From: Mytilus edulis
Taxonomy: Eukaryota
Reading direction: 5' to 3'
Assembly: GCF_963676685.1 (NCBI RefSeq)
Contig: NC_092351.1
Coordinates: forward strand, 52,824,001 to 52,888,000
Length of the DNA: 64,000 bases
The position numbers and the translations under genes were made by a program. The notes below the pieces were generated by a model that had not been told where the DNA came from, searched no databases, and saw nothing but the letters and a program-made list of their open reading frames with translations. Of the stretch, positions 51,969 to 64,000 are shown one piece after another. The stretch's first letter is position 1. Each line of letters starts with the position of its first letter.

Positions 51969-54615
51969 ACCAATACGAAACAGTTATACACAGTGGTGCA
52001 TTAAATACATGTTAAACGTCTTTAACATATCCTATGTATCATTTTCTTGATGATTTAGATAATTATATAATTCGGTTGGCCCAACGATGTTTTACCTACA
52101 GCGTTCAATGGATGCGAACCCTTGCTTTTATAACTCATGGCATTCCGTGCGCATTATGCACCTACCATAGTCCTCGGCCACTATGTTAACTACGTTATAC
52201 AACATATATCCATTGTCTATTGAGTAATGCCATTTCTCGTCGGCTTTATTGTGAGTTGTATCGCATAACTTACTCTTTTGTGATACGTAGATGGCACGTG
52301 TCGCAAAGAAAGTTCAGCTATTTTTGTCGCAAAGGAGGAAAATGTACTTACCATCATTCACAATAGTATCATGATGTAAAATACTAGTAGATTTAAATGT
52401 CACGAAACAACTTCACTCCAGACCTTCTCCTTCTGGTAAATATCAGAACCGGATTTAGAGGGGACCCAGGGATCCTGGCCCTTTCTTTTCTGGGAAAAAT
52501 TTGGTTGATTATATAACGAACCACTGAAGTATGACCGAAGCGGGCCCTGTCTAAGTCAGTCAGTTTGCCCCCCCCCCCCCCCCCCCCCACACACACACAC
52601 ATTTTTTATATGATTATGATAGGTCGTTTGAAATGACGCTGAAAAATGTAAAACCTGTTGTTCTTCCATCTTTTTAAAACTCTTCAGACTTTAACAACTG
52701 TTAAAAAAAAACAAGACATGAAATGCATAAGCAAATTTGAAATTCTTAAGTTGAATACTAAGAAATAGAACCGGTCACGAATGTGTCGGAATAAAACATA
52801 TACCCGTGTCAGCAAAACTCCAAAATTAGTGAGAACTGAAATTTTCGGAAAAACAAATACCACAAATCAAAGAGCAAGGTTAGGTGCACTTTAGGGGTTA
52901 ATGTATTCTTATACTGCTCCACGTGTGCATCTCATTTAATAAGAGGTTTAGCTAGCTATAAAACCAGATTTAATCCACCATTTTCTATATAAGAAATATA
53001 TATATACCTTGTCAGGAATATACCAATTGTTATCCAATCGTTTGATGTGTTCGAGCTTTTGATTTTGTTATTTGATTTCGGACTTTTCGTTTTGAATTTT
53101 CCTCGGAGTTCGGTATTTTTATCATTTACTTTCTGTTATTGTGATGCATTCAAACTCTTGAATCTAAATGAATGTATTTGATTGCGAAAACGTATTGAAC
53201 AAACTAGAATACATTCGTCTAGACGTCTCGGAGACCTGCATTCTGCAACTTATATAAAAAAAAGAGCTTCTAAATTGTTATATCACAAGTGTCCATCTCT
53301 CATCATGGCGAGTTAATGATAATACCGCTTCAAAATTGTGTGCATTCTTGGTTCTTTTCTAGATTTATCGTCACATGAAACTGTCAAATCAAACACATTT
53401 TAAAACCAGAGAACTAGATATATCAATACTCGAAGATCTACATGACAAAAGAAATTCAAATGACAAGTCTAACACAGTGACTGTATGTTTTTGTTTACGA
53501 GGTAACATGGTTTAAAACCAACTTAAAACAGCATAGTGACTATGAATTATTCACATAATACGCAATACTATAAGTTTAATGGTTGCTCAAAAAGCAATCA
53601 GATTGAACTACAGATGACGTGTCTAAGTTTTTTCTTACAAGGATATGACAACACCCCAATCTGGTAATCATGATATCAGCCTATTATAAAATAACAGCTT
53701 TCAAATGTTTGAAGGTGTACATATCAATGCAAAAAAAAACAGAGAATCTCAAATTGTTTTTTAAAACAGAAAGTAGAATGGATCGTTAACAGATTTTGAT
53801 GGGATAAGTCAATGAAAATCCATGTTCTGCAATACGACAAAACCGTGCAAAAAAATTGACAAAGGTCACCAGCCCGTCATCTTTCATCTAATACCTTTAT
53901 TACTAAAACAAATTCTATATATGTATTATTGTATACATACTTTATATTTAATCCGATGCGTGAGAATTATTTTGTTTTACATAGGTGCTACTTTCCAGTG
54001 TCTTCTTACCCGTGCCCGATTAGCTGGTGTTACATTTTACAAAGTCTATCTAATTTATTTTATCAAAGAATACAACTCAAGAAAGTGCTAGGGGCCGTTT
54101 TAAACTTGCAATGAAGTGAGATTTGTTTTTGCTCCGTATTGAAGGCATCACTATGACTTTAATATTATCAGCATTTAAATCGCTGATCCTTTGCCTTTTG
54201 TATGTGTTTTGCTGTGCCTGTACTGATTCTGTGTCAAAAATGGAAACCCAATATCGTTTGTTTTTCTATTCACGTATTGCTACAACCTCAAAGTACTAGT
54301 GCTCTTTGGAGTGAAGCTGTGTTGCATTACATTTTATGAATTGTGAAATAAATTCAAGAATTACAGAGATCTTCCAAAGTTATCAGCGGCATTAAATGCT
54401 GTTTATCAGTCTGTAGTTATAGCCGTGTTGCGTTTAGTGTAATGTTGTTGGTATTTTTTTTTTGTCATTTTCGTTTATTTCCATGATATTGTCAGTTTGT
54501 TTTCGGCCTATCATTTTAATATTCCATTTGGTATCCTTTGCCTCTCGTCAGATATATAAATGTAGAAAAGGAAATTTGAAAAAATAGACAAATCCACATT
54601 TTATTTATTATGTAT

Positions 54616-57600
54616 TTACAAATTCATGATTTGTGTTCTCAATGAGCTTGGGATGAGCACGTGGTTAATCATGTGGACGACTCCATTTGTTGCGCTGATA
54701 TCTGGTTTGATGACGCTTGTTGTTCCATCAACATGGACAGTTGTTCCTAAAAAAAAGTAAACAATTGCTTATCATAGACTTTTGAGATATCTGCAACCGT
54801 GTTGTATAAGTATGAAAATTTCAGGGACTGAATTTTCGGCTCTCCCTTGACACCATTTGCGAGTATGGTCTTGGGGAAACGATAATAGTCCGTCGGAAGG
54901 GGACGATAAATGGCTGACCCGTGTTAAGAGCGAGCCATATCTCTTGCACGTTATAGACACTCTAAGGCTTGTAGATTTCGAAAAAGAGCAGGCTAATGCC
55001 GCTACAAGGCAGCACTCGCACCCGCAAAGTGGAAAGGGATTAATATAAGTTACAAAACTTGTTTCCCAATCCACTATAAATAAATATGTTTAAACTAAGT
55101 ATTTGCGAGTCTAAGCTAACAGTTCTTTAAAATATTTGACATATCAACTTTACGAAGGTTCGAGATGAAGGCTGTAGCCAGTAAGGTCAAATCATCATCA
55201 TACAAATGGAAGAGAAAAAGTCCCGCTAAGAAAGATTCCAAAATCATTCCTCATGGATGTTATTTTGGTGAGATATAATTAACAATGTGCAGATAGTCTT
55301 GAACCTCTTCTTAAAGGCATTAAATTTCTCCTATACATGTATATAGAACCCCTAAATGGAATATGCAAGAGGGGTCATAATAGCAGCTGAGGTCTCTATG
55401 TTCCATAGTTCGTATACATTTGTTTTTAACAAACATCATATCCAAACTACATCTTTGCCATAAATTGATCGACAAAGTCAATGCTACTATAAAAGAACTA
55501 GCACAAACATGGGACAAATCGAGATAAATGTTAAATTACTTGACAGGACTCTATGAATATGCAAGTAAATACGGATTTGTTTGAGAAACCGGCGGAAGAT
55601 GTGCACAACCCAAGATATTTGTCAAAAGTAAAATCACAAAAATACTGAACTCCGTGGAAAATTCAAAACGGGAAGTCCCATCAAATGACAAAATCAAAAC
55701 CTCAAACACAACAAACGAATATGTTACAACTGTCATAATTATCTAAAAGTACAACAAACAAACTGTAATAATATGAAAGTATACATAATTATGCCCGTTC
55801 TTGTCCAGGCTTCTATCTATAGTACTTACCAAAGAATGAAGCTGAAATTCGCTCACGATCTGCTTCTTCCAATGTGTGTAGAGATCCTGAGTGTAAACCG
55901 TCTTTGTAAATTGTTCCAGGTATAACATGATACAATAAGACCTCTAAAACGATAAAGTAAAAAGTCATACATCAAATGCGATTTGTAAATATTTAATCAT
56001 TGAAAGTTTGTTGTTGCGTTTTTGTTTCTGACTGGTCATTTCTTCGTTAGTTCGTTTTTGAATTTTTGTATTAAAATATATTTTTTCTTTTGATTTATTT
56101 TTATTATTTTTTTAATATATACATAAAGTATGCCTTCAATCTAATTAAAATATTGATCTCTGATTACGTTATACTACATCATATGTAGTATAACGTAATC
56201 AGAGATCAATATTTTAATTAGATTGAGTATGCCTTTTATGTTTGAATAGTATATTAACTATTCATTACACAATGACAACGGATATGTTTCAATTGTTGTA
56301 ACTTTAATCCAGTTTTTAGTGGGGTGTTGCTCAGTTTTTGGTTTTCTATGTTGTTTTGTGTACTGTGGTTTGTCGGTTTGTCTTTTTCTATTTAAAGTTG
56401 TCAGTTTTATTTCGACTTTTGAGTTTGAATGTCCCTTCGGTATCCTTCGCCTCTCTTTCGGGACTGACAGCTTTATACTAGTATCTTATACATGCAGGGT
56501 GTAGAAAACGAACTAATAAAACAAAAAGACGATTTAAAAGCATACTTTCACGGCTGGTAATCTACACACGCAGAACATTTGGTTCTGCAATGAAAACCGT
56601 GAGAGAATTTTCCGGTTGTGCTTGAGTGGAATAATTGTCACCGCTTCAAAAGGTATGTACATTTCTAAATCTCAATTTTCTTATTCAACTGATCAAAATA
56701 TTGAAAATCGGAGAATGCTATGCTGTGATGAATACTTTAACGAAGAGATACATGTATCATTTACTGTTGTACGTAGAGTTGAACTCCTACAAAATCAGTT
56801 GTCCCACGAGAAATTGCCTAAAAAAGTGACATTTCAATTTTGAATGGTTCTATTTACAGACCTAAAAGTTCAAATTTAGTATTTTTTTCGGGCAATGGGT
56901 ATGAATGTTGCTTTTGGCGGCGTGTGCGCTGTTCTGTGTTGATAGACGTCTTTATAATTCCAAAAACAACATTTTTCCATGAAGTCATGCGTGAGGGGAT
57001 CGGTTCTGATTGAGGAAATCGTGAATGCGTGAGGGGAAGTACAAACAATTTTTTTAATCTTTGGCTTTGTGACTTTTGTTGACTCAATAAATGTGATCAA
57101 ATCAATGCTGATTAAAAAGCACAGATTTATCCTTATACTTTAATAGATGTTAACTGATCACTGATTTAATGAAATCAAACTATTAATTGTTTGTTCAATT
57201 TCAGAAAATGCCATTGTTCAAACTTGAGGAAAAAGGAAAAGAGGACTGAAATTGACTCTCTACAAAAAACCATGGAGATACAAGTTATCCCCGCCCTCGA
57301 AGCGAACTAAACCCCCTGATAGTAGTCCTGTCGTCAAATATACGTCACAGAGATCACCACATATATCTAAGAAAATTATATCGCCGATGAAAACTTCGAC
57401 ACCTATTAGACGAAATCTGTTCGCCCAATATCACGAAATATTCGAAACAACACAAGCAGATATACAGATGATTCTAAAAACACAAAATTTGATATTGTTT
57501 AAATATTTTGATTTATACAATAAATCACAAAATATTCCTTATATGAATAAAGTCTAACTATTGAATTGCAAATCTGTCTCCATATTTGCAGATGTGGGCA

Positions 57601-60600
57601 AATAATCGATCTAGTTTTTACTTGTAGCAAGAAAACAAAATCGTTGACAACATTTTTTGTCTTTATTCTTCGTAAAACATATTATTACACCTAGGTTCCT
57701 ACAATTATTTCAAAATCCAATCTCATAAATGTTTTAAAGCACACTCACAAATGTGTTTTTTCATGAACAATGTAGCCAAATTTAGGTAAGTTTCAACGAC
57801 TCATAGCTTGAATATAAAGATATGAATTTTACCTCCCCTCACGCATTCACGATGTCCTCAATCAGAACCGATCCCCTCACGCATGACTTAATGAAAAAAT
57901 GTAGTTTTTGGAATTACTAAGACGTCTATCGACACAGGACAGCACACACGCCGCCAAAAACAACATTCATACCCATTGCCCGAAAAAAAAACTAAATTTG
58001 AACTTGTAGGTCTGTAAATAGAACCATTTCAAAATTGAAATGTCACTTTTTTAGGCAATTTCTCGTGGGACAACTGATTTTGTAGGAGTTCAACTCTACG
58101 TACAACAGTAAATGATACATGTATCTCTTCGTTAAAGTATTCACCACAGCATAGCATTCTCCGATTTTCAATATTTTGATCAGTTGAATAAGAAAATTGA
58201 GATTTAGAAATGTACATACCTTTTGAAGCGGTGACAATTACTCCACTCAAGCACAACCGGAAAATCCTCTCACGGTTTTCATTGCAGAACCAAATGTTCT
58301 GCGTGTGTAGATTACCAGCCGTGACTTTATCATAGATACACTAGACCTATAACAAAACTTACTCTTTAGGAGATCTGGGTTAGCCAAAAGCTTGTCAACT
58401 TTGTCTCCTAGAGCTGCAAAGGCAGCATTTGATGGTGCCATCAAAGTGAAAGGACCTTCTGTAAAATAATTATTGATTTAGAGATAAATTTGTGTTTGTT
58501 ACATTCTACGCCTTATTTTTTTTTTGAAATAAAAAAAAAATGTCCTTGTCAGATTGAATTATCTACCCCTTAACGATTGCACTTAGCAAACTTTACAGGT
58601 TATACAACAAACGGTTGTAAGTAAAACATTACATTTCTCACATGTTTTATACTTATTTACTTTTTCTTGACACCGACGTATTTGGCTTCTGGTAATATCT
58701 TGCGTGAAGACAAGCTGTTCTGTGAACATTTCGACTGAATACTAGTATATCCAGTACAGTATCCCACGATTTATACCTTTCGATGTTCTTTTTTATGTTA
58801 CGGAAATATCTACGCATCTTTTAAATTTTCGTATTTAATTTCAAATTTATAGAGAATGAAATCTAGAACAAAAATTAACAGTGGTTAACATGCTTCTGAG
58901 TAGCTTGAGTTATTCATAAAACGGACGTAAATTAATTGAAACCCACCCACGAGCTACATATTTCGAAGTTACTAACCTTGAAGGGCCTCAACAAGACCAG
59001 CGGCCTTTGCTGCAGCTACAAGTGTAGAGAAGTTGCCATCAGCTGTCAAAACATCAACAATACTTCCGGCTGCTGGCATCATGACGTCATGGACAATATG
59101 GACGACACCATTACTGGCCATTATGTCTGATCGGATAATTCTAGAACCTTCAGCTGTTACATGTCTCTGAATTAAATAAATAATATATGTTATTTTACAT
59201 GATTATGAGAGTTAAAGAATGTGTGACGGAAATGATTTTCCAAATCCTGCTTTTTGCAATTTTGATCTCATTTCTATTTTTCAATTTGTTATCTTTTTTA
59301 CCCCACTTTATCCCATATTCCCACTTTTTTTACCTGATAATTTCAAATCTAAAATAAACTCACTCTTGCTGTGAAATAATAGTTGATTCTGATTTTGGTT
59401 CCTGCCAAACTGTCTAGCTGGAGTTCATTAACATGAAGATCTTTCAGTTTGTATATACCATTGACAACGTGGTATTTGAGGGTTTCAGCGAGTGTGTTTG
59501 GGTCCTTCTTAAGGGCCGTAAGAGTATCATTTCCAAGTCTCTCGAATGCATAGTTGTATGGTGCAAAAACTGTGAATGGACCTAAAAGGGAGATAGTAAG
59601 ATATGTATTATTTTAGCTAATCTACAATCAATTCTGACTGCATACCTAACATATCAATGTACTGTGTTACAAATCTTAGATTCTACTGACGAAGATATGT
59701 TACCCGAGGCCACCGCCAGTTGAATTTTGAGTTAAGCCTAGGTTGCCAAGTTGTCTAGAGCGCTGGACACAGTGTAGGCGGTAATGTCTCGATATCCCAA
59801 TAACATGAGTTGGAATCCCAGCGAAGAAAGAACACACATTTGCTTCCTCAAATTTGAAGATTAAACATTGTTGTGCTGATGTTAAGAGTACTTGTGAATA
59901 TAATTTGAGTTTGAAGCCATGTATGACCTTCACTGGTCATTCAATGAATGGAGCTGTCGTAGAGTTTTCCCTCGTTTAGACGTACTTGTCTCCATTGATA
60001 TATATAAAAGAAGCAATCCTGTGTTAGGATGCTAAAACGGCCCAACCACTGTTCTGCTGTTTGTATGTTAACCGCAGCCAGTTTGAAAATCAGGAAAGCA
60101 CATATACACTTAACAGTTCTTATTCCTATCAAGTTTCAAAATATTGGACCAAATTTCATTTGTTTTGACAATTGTGTAATTTCCATGGAAACGGCGGCAT
60201 ATTTTTGGGAATTCCAAGTTAAAATACCATATCCATGTATTCAAGTTAATAATTCTATACAAAGTTGTATTTTGTTTGAAGCATTTAAACATTTTTTAGT
60301 TCCCCTATATTTTCGTCCATCCAACAATATTTTGTCCAGATTCCCAGTTTGTTTTTATTCTTAAAGGTTTTGATAGTGAACTCTTTTTTAATGGTACTCC
60401 TGGTACTCTGTCAAGTAAGAGCAAGTAAAAGAAATAATAAAGCTTACAATTGGTAAAATTTAGGGGGAAATTATCTGTTATTGTTTACCACATGCAGAAC
60501 AAAATCATCGGAAATAGTATACCCCCTTTTTTCAAGGTCTTGCTGGTTGTGAAAATAAATACACATTTTGTATGATTTGTACAGGAAACATATCAATATG

Positions 60601-61286
60601 TCATAATAGAATGTAATTGTAAAATAAAATACGATAGAATAACTCTTAATCTAAGTTTTAAGCTAAACTCTTAGGCAGCAACCATTTGATTTTCTGGGGG
60701 GGGGGGGGGGGGGGCTATGTTTTTTTTTTGGAAAAAAAAGTTTGTTTCCAGTTTTTGGAGAAAAAAATAATTTGTTTTTGATTCTGAGAAAAAAAAATTG
60801 TTTGTTTCACCCTCAGCTGCCACTATATGTAGTGCTAAAATTGAAAGAAAAAAATTGTTTTCGACTTGTCGCGAAAAAAATAGATTGTTTTTCGCCGCAG
60901 GCGAAAAAAAAAATTTGTCTAGAAAAAAACCCATAGCCCCCCCCCCAGAAAATCAAATGGTTGCTGCCTTATTAGTTTGTTTGTTAAAATTGTTTTTTTG
61001 TATTTCTGCATCATATTTTTCGGATTTGATTGAACATCTGGGCCGATCATGTTCTGTTAATTTAAAACCCAAGATGACGAAAATACTACCCTAAGCGAAA
61101 ATATTCTTATTTTACAAAATTACCTCCTTGGCTCAAAACATCTGCTAATCCAGCTGTCTTCACCAAATCTACTAAGATTGATTCTGAGCTACGTGCCGCA
61201 AGTACAGAAACAATATCATTGGTGGCAGGGGTCGTAGCCGCCAAACAAAGAGGGACGAAAACGGAGAGGAGTATCACTTTCAACAT
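54616..61286 (-). CDS. Secreted two-FAS1 (fasciclin) protein B, 6 exons, 303 aa
   Basis: Minus-strand exons 61286-61124, 59581-59364, 59166-58977, 58458-58363, 55943-55830 and 54746-54616, GT-AG, phases 1,0,1,1,1. Signal peptide MLKVILLSVFVPLCLA. Motifs GPFTVFAPYNYAF, LKYHVV, DIMASNGVVHIVHDVMMP, GPFTLMAPSNAAF, LLYHVIPG and DISATNGVVHMINHVLIP. Confidence 0.9.
54800..55097 (+). mobile_element. SINE-like interspersed repeat (second copy at ~43005-43262)
   Basis: Two diverged copies share TTGACACC..GAGTATGGTCTTG..GTCCGTCGGA..GGGACGATAAATGGCTGACC..CCCAATCCACTATA..TAAATATGTTTAAAC. Confidence 0.6.
56137..56225. mobile_element. Foldback hairpin mini-element, 10-bp TSD (same terminus as 13784)
   Basis: Perfect 43-bp arms starting CAATCTAATTAAAAT with a 3-nt loop; TSD AGTATGCCTT. 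Confidence 0.85.
56549..58323. mobile_element. CACGG-terminal element with ~490-bp TIRs and 5-bp TSD in intron 4 of fasciclin B
   Basis: CACGGCTGGTAATCTACAC ... GTGTAGATTACCAGCCGTG with TSD ACTTT (56544-56548 / 58324-58328). Near-identical inverted arms at 56549-~57040 and ~57832-58323 explain the mirrored ORFs in the track. Confidence 0.88.
60674..60968. mobile_element. MITE with TTA TSD in fasciclin B intron 1
   Basis: TTA|GGCAGCAACCATTTGATTTTCTGGGG ... CCCCAGAAAATCAAATGGTTGCTGCC|TTA. Related right ends lie at ~23100-23170 and ~46690-46972. Confidence 0.8.
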
Positions 61287-61804
61287 GGTTCAAGATCAGT
61301 AAAGATAGTAAAACCAAAATTATCACAAATTTGTAGATTTTAGTGATAAAGTACTTACGTTAGATTCGTGTCTATGTGTGGGAAAACCCATATGCTGGAA
61401 TGCCTTTATCTTAGACTGTTTGCCGAATGTCAAATGTTAACCTTCAGATAAAGGACTATCGTTACATATGTAATTTGAATGACTTCTTAAACTTTTATTC
61501 ACATTTCGGGTCTTACATAGAAATTTCTAAATGTTTCTGTTCTATTGTTGAATATCCGGCATGGCCATATATGCCTTCACATTTCAATTATTTAACTAAA
61601 ATTAAAGTATAAAAATATCAAGGACTGATTCTTTTGAATCTTAAATGAAGGATATTCTGTTCGCTATAAATAAATAAAAAAGTGTTTTGGGTAAGTCTTG
61701 GATAACATTATCTATCTGTTAGTTGTTATTGGCTCGAAGTTGGTTTCTATAACTGCGATCGGTACTTTGTTTCTTGTGTCTTTAGAATTAAATATGCATA
61801 AACA

Positions 61805-61920
61805 AGAAGATGTGGTATGATTGCCAATGAGACAAATCTCCACAAGAGACCAAATGAAACAGATATTAAGACCTGTAGGTCACTGTACGGACTTCAACAA
61901 TGAGCAAAGTCAATACCGCA
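61805..61920 (+). repeat. Uninterrupted copy of the abundant interspersed repeat that hosts the 1.3-11.3 kb nest
   Basis: AAGAAGATGTGGTATGATTGCCAATGAGAC..CCACAAGAGACCAAATGA..CTTCAACAATGAGCAAAG..ATACCGCA aligns to 1244-1294 + 8113-8177 + 11326 onward. Confidence 0.8.
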
Positions 61921-63627
61921 CAATTCATTTTTGTACTTCTCGATCTGATGAGTCAGTCATTTAGTTTTTACAGTTTGTTTCATATACTGTGCAGTGAAAC
62001 TATTGTTTAAGTTTATGCGAAGGGTAGAATGCTCATAAACATGTTTAAACTGCATCATTTCAATGTGTGCATATTTCATGCCAGGAGCCTGTAGCTAACT
62101 GTTTGCTGCGGCGTGTTTAATTTGTGTTTTGTATATACTTTTATCACAAATTAGACCCTTTTGTTTATTCGTATTAATTGTTTCACATTTTGTCATGTTG
62201 GCGTCTTTTAATAGCTGAACCTACGGTATCCGTTTTGTTCATTCTTGAAGTTCGTACGGAGACCTCTATATAGTACTTTTTAAAAACAAGATTATATATT
62301 TAAACGATCGCTTACTTCTAACTATGCATGCAGGGACGGGTTTCACAGTTTAAATACAATGAATACAACTATAAAGTGCATGCGCAATCAAAAGGTTTTT
62401 GTCATCAATTTTAAGCACCGTCAAAGAATTAAATTTCACACAATAGATCCTGACAATGAATTTGACAATAATTTTTCATTTTTTATCCATTTTTCTGTAG
62501 AATAGGTGCATATGCCTGTAGATTTGACCCATTTATCACTATCCCTATTCTGTAAACGCCTTATAGACCCTCGCGAAGGCCTGTGGTAATACCGGATATT
62601 GAACAATAGAATTTCACTGTGAAAGCTTACGAAGTGGTATCGTTTTGTATATTTTTGTTTTTGTTTTTTATGTGTTCCTGTATTGCCTAGAATTTAAATA
62701 GCTACAAAAAGAATTTTATAAGATAATTTTTGTCGAGTAAGCGACGTTTTAGTCTTTTCTTAAAAGTTTGTGATACTTTCTACTGACTGTTTCAAAACAA
62801 TGAGAAGTTATTGAAGTATAATTGTATAGTGAAAGGTTATTTTATAAATTGAATATCCAACTAAAGACTGGGTTATAAAATTTCGTAGAATGCAATTTCT
62901 CATTTCCCCATAATATTTATCTAATTTGAAAATCGTAATTCTAACTGTTCCTTTTCGGCGTTAACATTTAAAATTTAAACTTTATAACTTTTTTTCGATA
63001 ATATCATCATTACAATTTGCAAAATTCAAAGTATCAGTAATTTTAACTGTTCCTTTTCGGCGTGAAAATTCAAAATTTAAACTTTATAACTTTTTTTTAA
63101 TATCATCATTACAATTTTCAAAATTCAAAGTTTCAGTAAAACAATTATTAAAACGAAACCACTACAAGTATTTGGTGTAAGACTTGACCTGCACTTGTTA
63201 GCTTGAAACCCGACGATGGATGTTAGCCCGATCATGCCCTTTGGGTTTTAATGGACACCAATCGACAAATGCAACATATTTCAAGGACCTATGATCTTTA
63301 AAACCAAACATTGCATATTTATAATTGTTTAACTTTCGGCTTAAGCACTCAAGGTTAAGATTCGGGATTTTATGATAGGGGCGGTATGAGTTATTTAGAA
63401 AGAAATAAGTTTGTAAATTTGAAGACCTATTGGAAGGGTTTACACATGTTTGGGGTCATATTTGATGTGCGTGCATTAATAAGTGCTCTTGCAATTAATA
63501 CTTTGTGTAATGTTTTGTAAACTATATTAATTGTTCGTGTATAATTTTCTTTTCTTTTTAAATTATTTGGTGTATTGTCCCTTACAATCTTCTTTATCTA
63601 TAAGAACACATTGCATATACGATAATA

Positions 63628-63870
63628 ACTCTCTCGCTCTCTTTGTATCACTTACTCGCACTGTGTCTCGCTCGCTCTTTAACACTCACATTCTCTCTCT
63701 CTCGCTCTTTCACTCAATCACATATTCTCTCTCTCTCGCTCACTGTCTCTTTCGCGCCCACTTTTTCCAAATTAGTGTTTCTCTCTACCTCTGGCTCGCA
63801 CACTTTCACACACGGACTACCACTCTCTCATACGGACATTTTCACACACGGACTACCTGTCGCCTCTCCC
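63628..63870. repeat. CT-rich low-complexity tract with short CACACACGGACTACC duplication
   Basis: (CT)n-like runs and two copies of TTTCACACACGGACTACC. Confidence 0.6.
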
Positions 63871-64000
63871 AGTAAATTTTTAGATTACTTTAACTAAGTA
63901 ACAGAGAATGTAAATGGCTACGCCGTCAGGCCTGTGGAAACCACAGTCTATCGGGGAGTACATTAGTGTTGGAGAGGTTGGTACACACACCTTCAGTAAA

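Noticed and set aside
56616-58256. Apparent duplicated gene pair (MCLSG... / MSPLQKV... on both strands)
   Set aside because: Mirror ORFs from the long TIRs of one element; short, with non-ATG starts and no recognisable domain.

Overview
AT-rich, intron-containing animal genomic DNA. The repeat families and gene style suggest a bivalve mollusc, probably Mytilus-like (inference). It is not prokaryotic, and most short ORFs in the track are spurious. Five genes are supported: (1) an intronless inducible cytosolic HSP70 (14928-16829 +); (2) a DNAAF6/PIH1D3 orthologue with six coding exons (26884-35667 +, 194 aa); (3) an unrecognised secreted, Cys-free protein with about 14.5% Met (41032-41880 +, 282 aa); (4, 5) two convergent paralogous secreted two-FAS1 (fasciclin) genes with identical intron phases (43928-51272 + and 54616-61286 -). 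The remainder is mostly non-autonomous DNA transposons whose TIRs and TSDs can be read directly. These include a ~10 kb nest at 1.3-11.3 kb (Harbinger-like > GAAAC element > IS3EU-like, plus Kolobok-like and Transib-like inserts) inside one short host repeat, two CACGG/5-bp-TSD elements, GAGG/6-bp-TSD and CAGTGGCGG/5-bp-TSD MITEs, tiny foldback hairpins with 7-10 bp TSDs, and Helentron-type (HINE-like) repeats. A 15-copy minisatellite amplifies a splice donor of one fasciclin gene. All coordinates were read by eye, and superfamily names rest on terminus/TSD signatures only.
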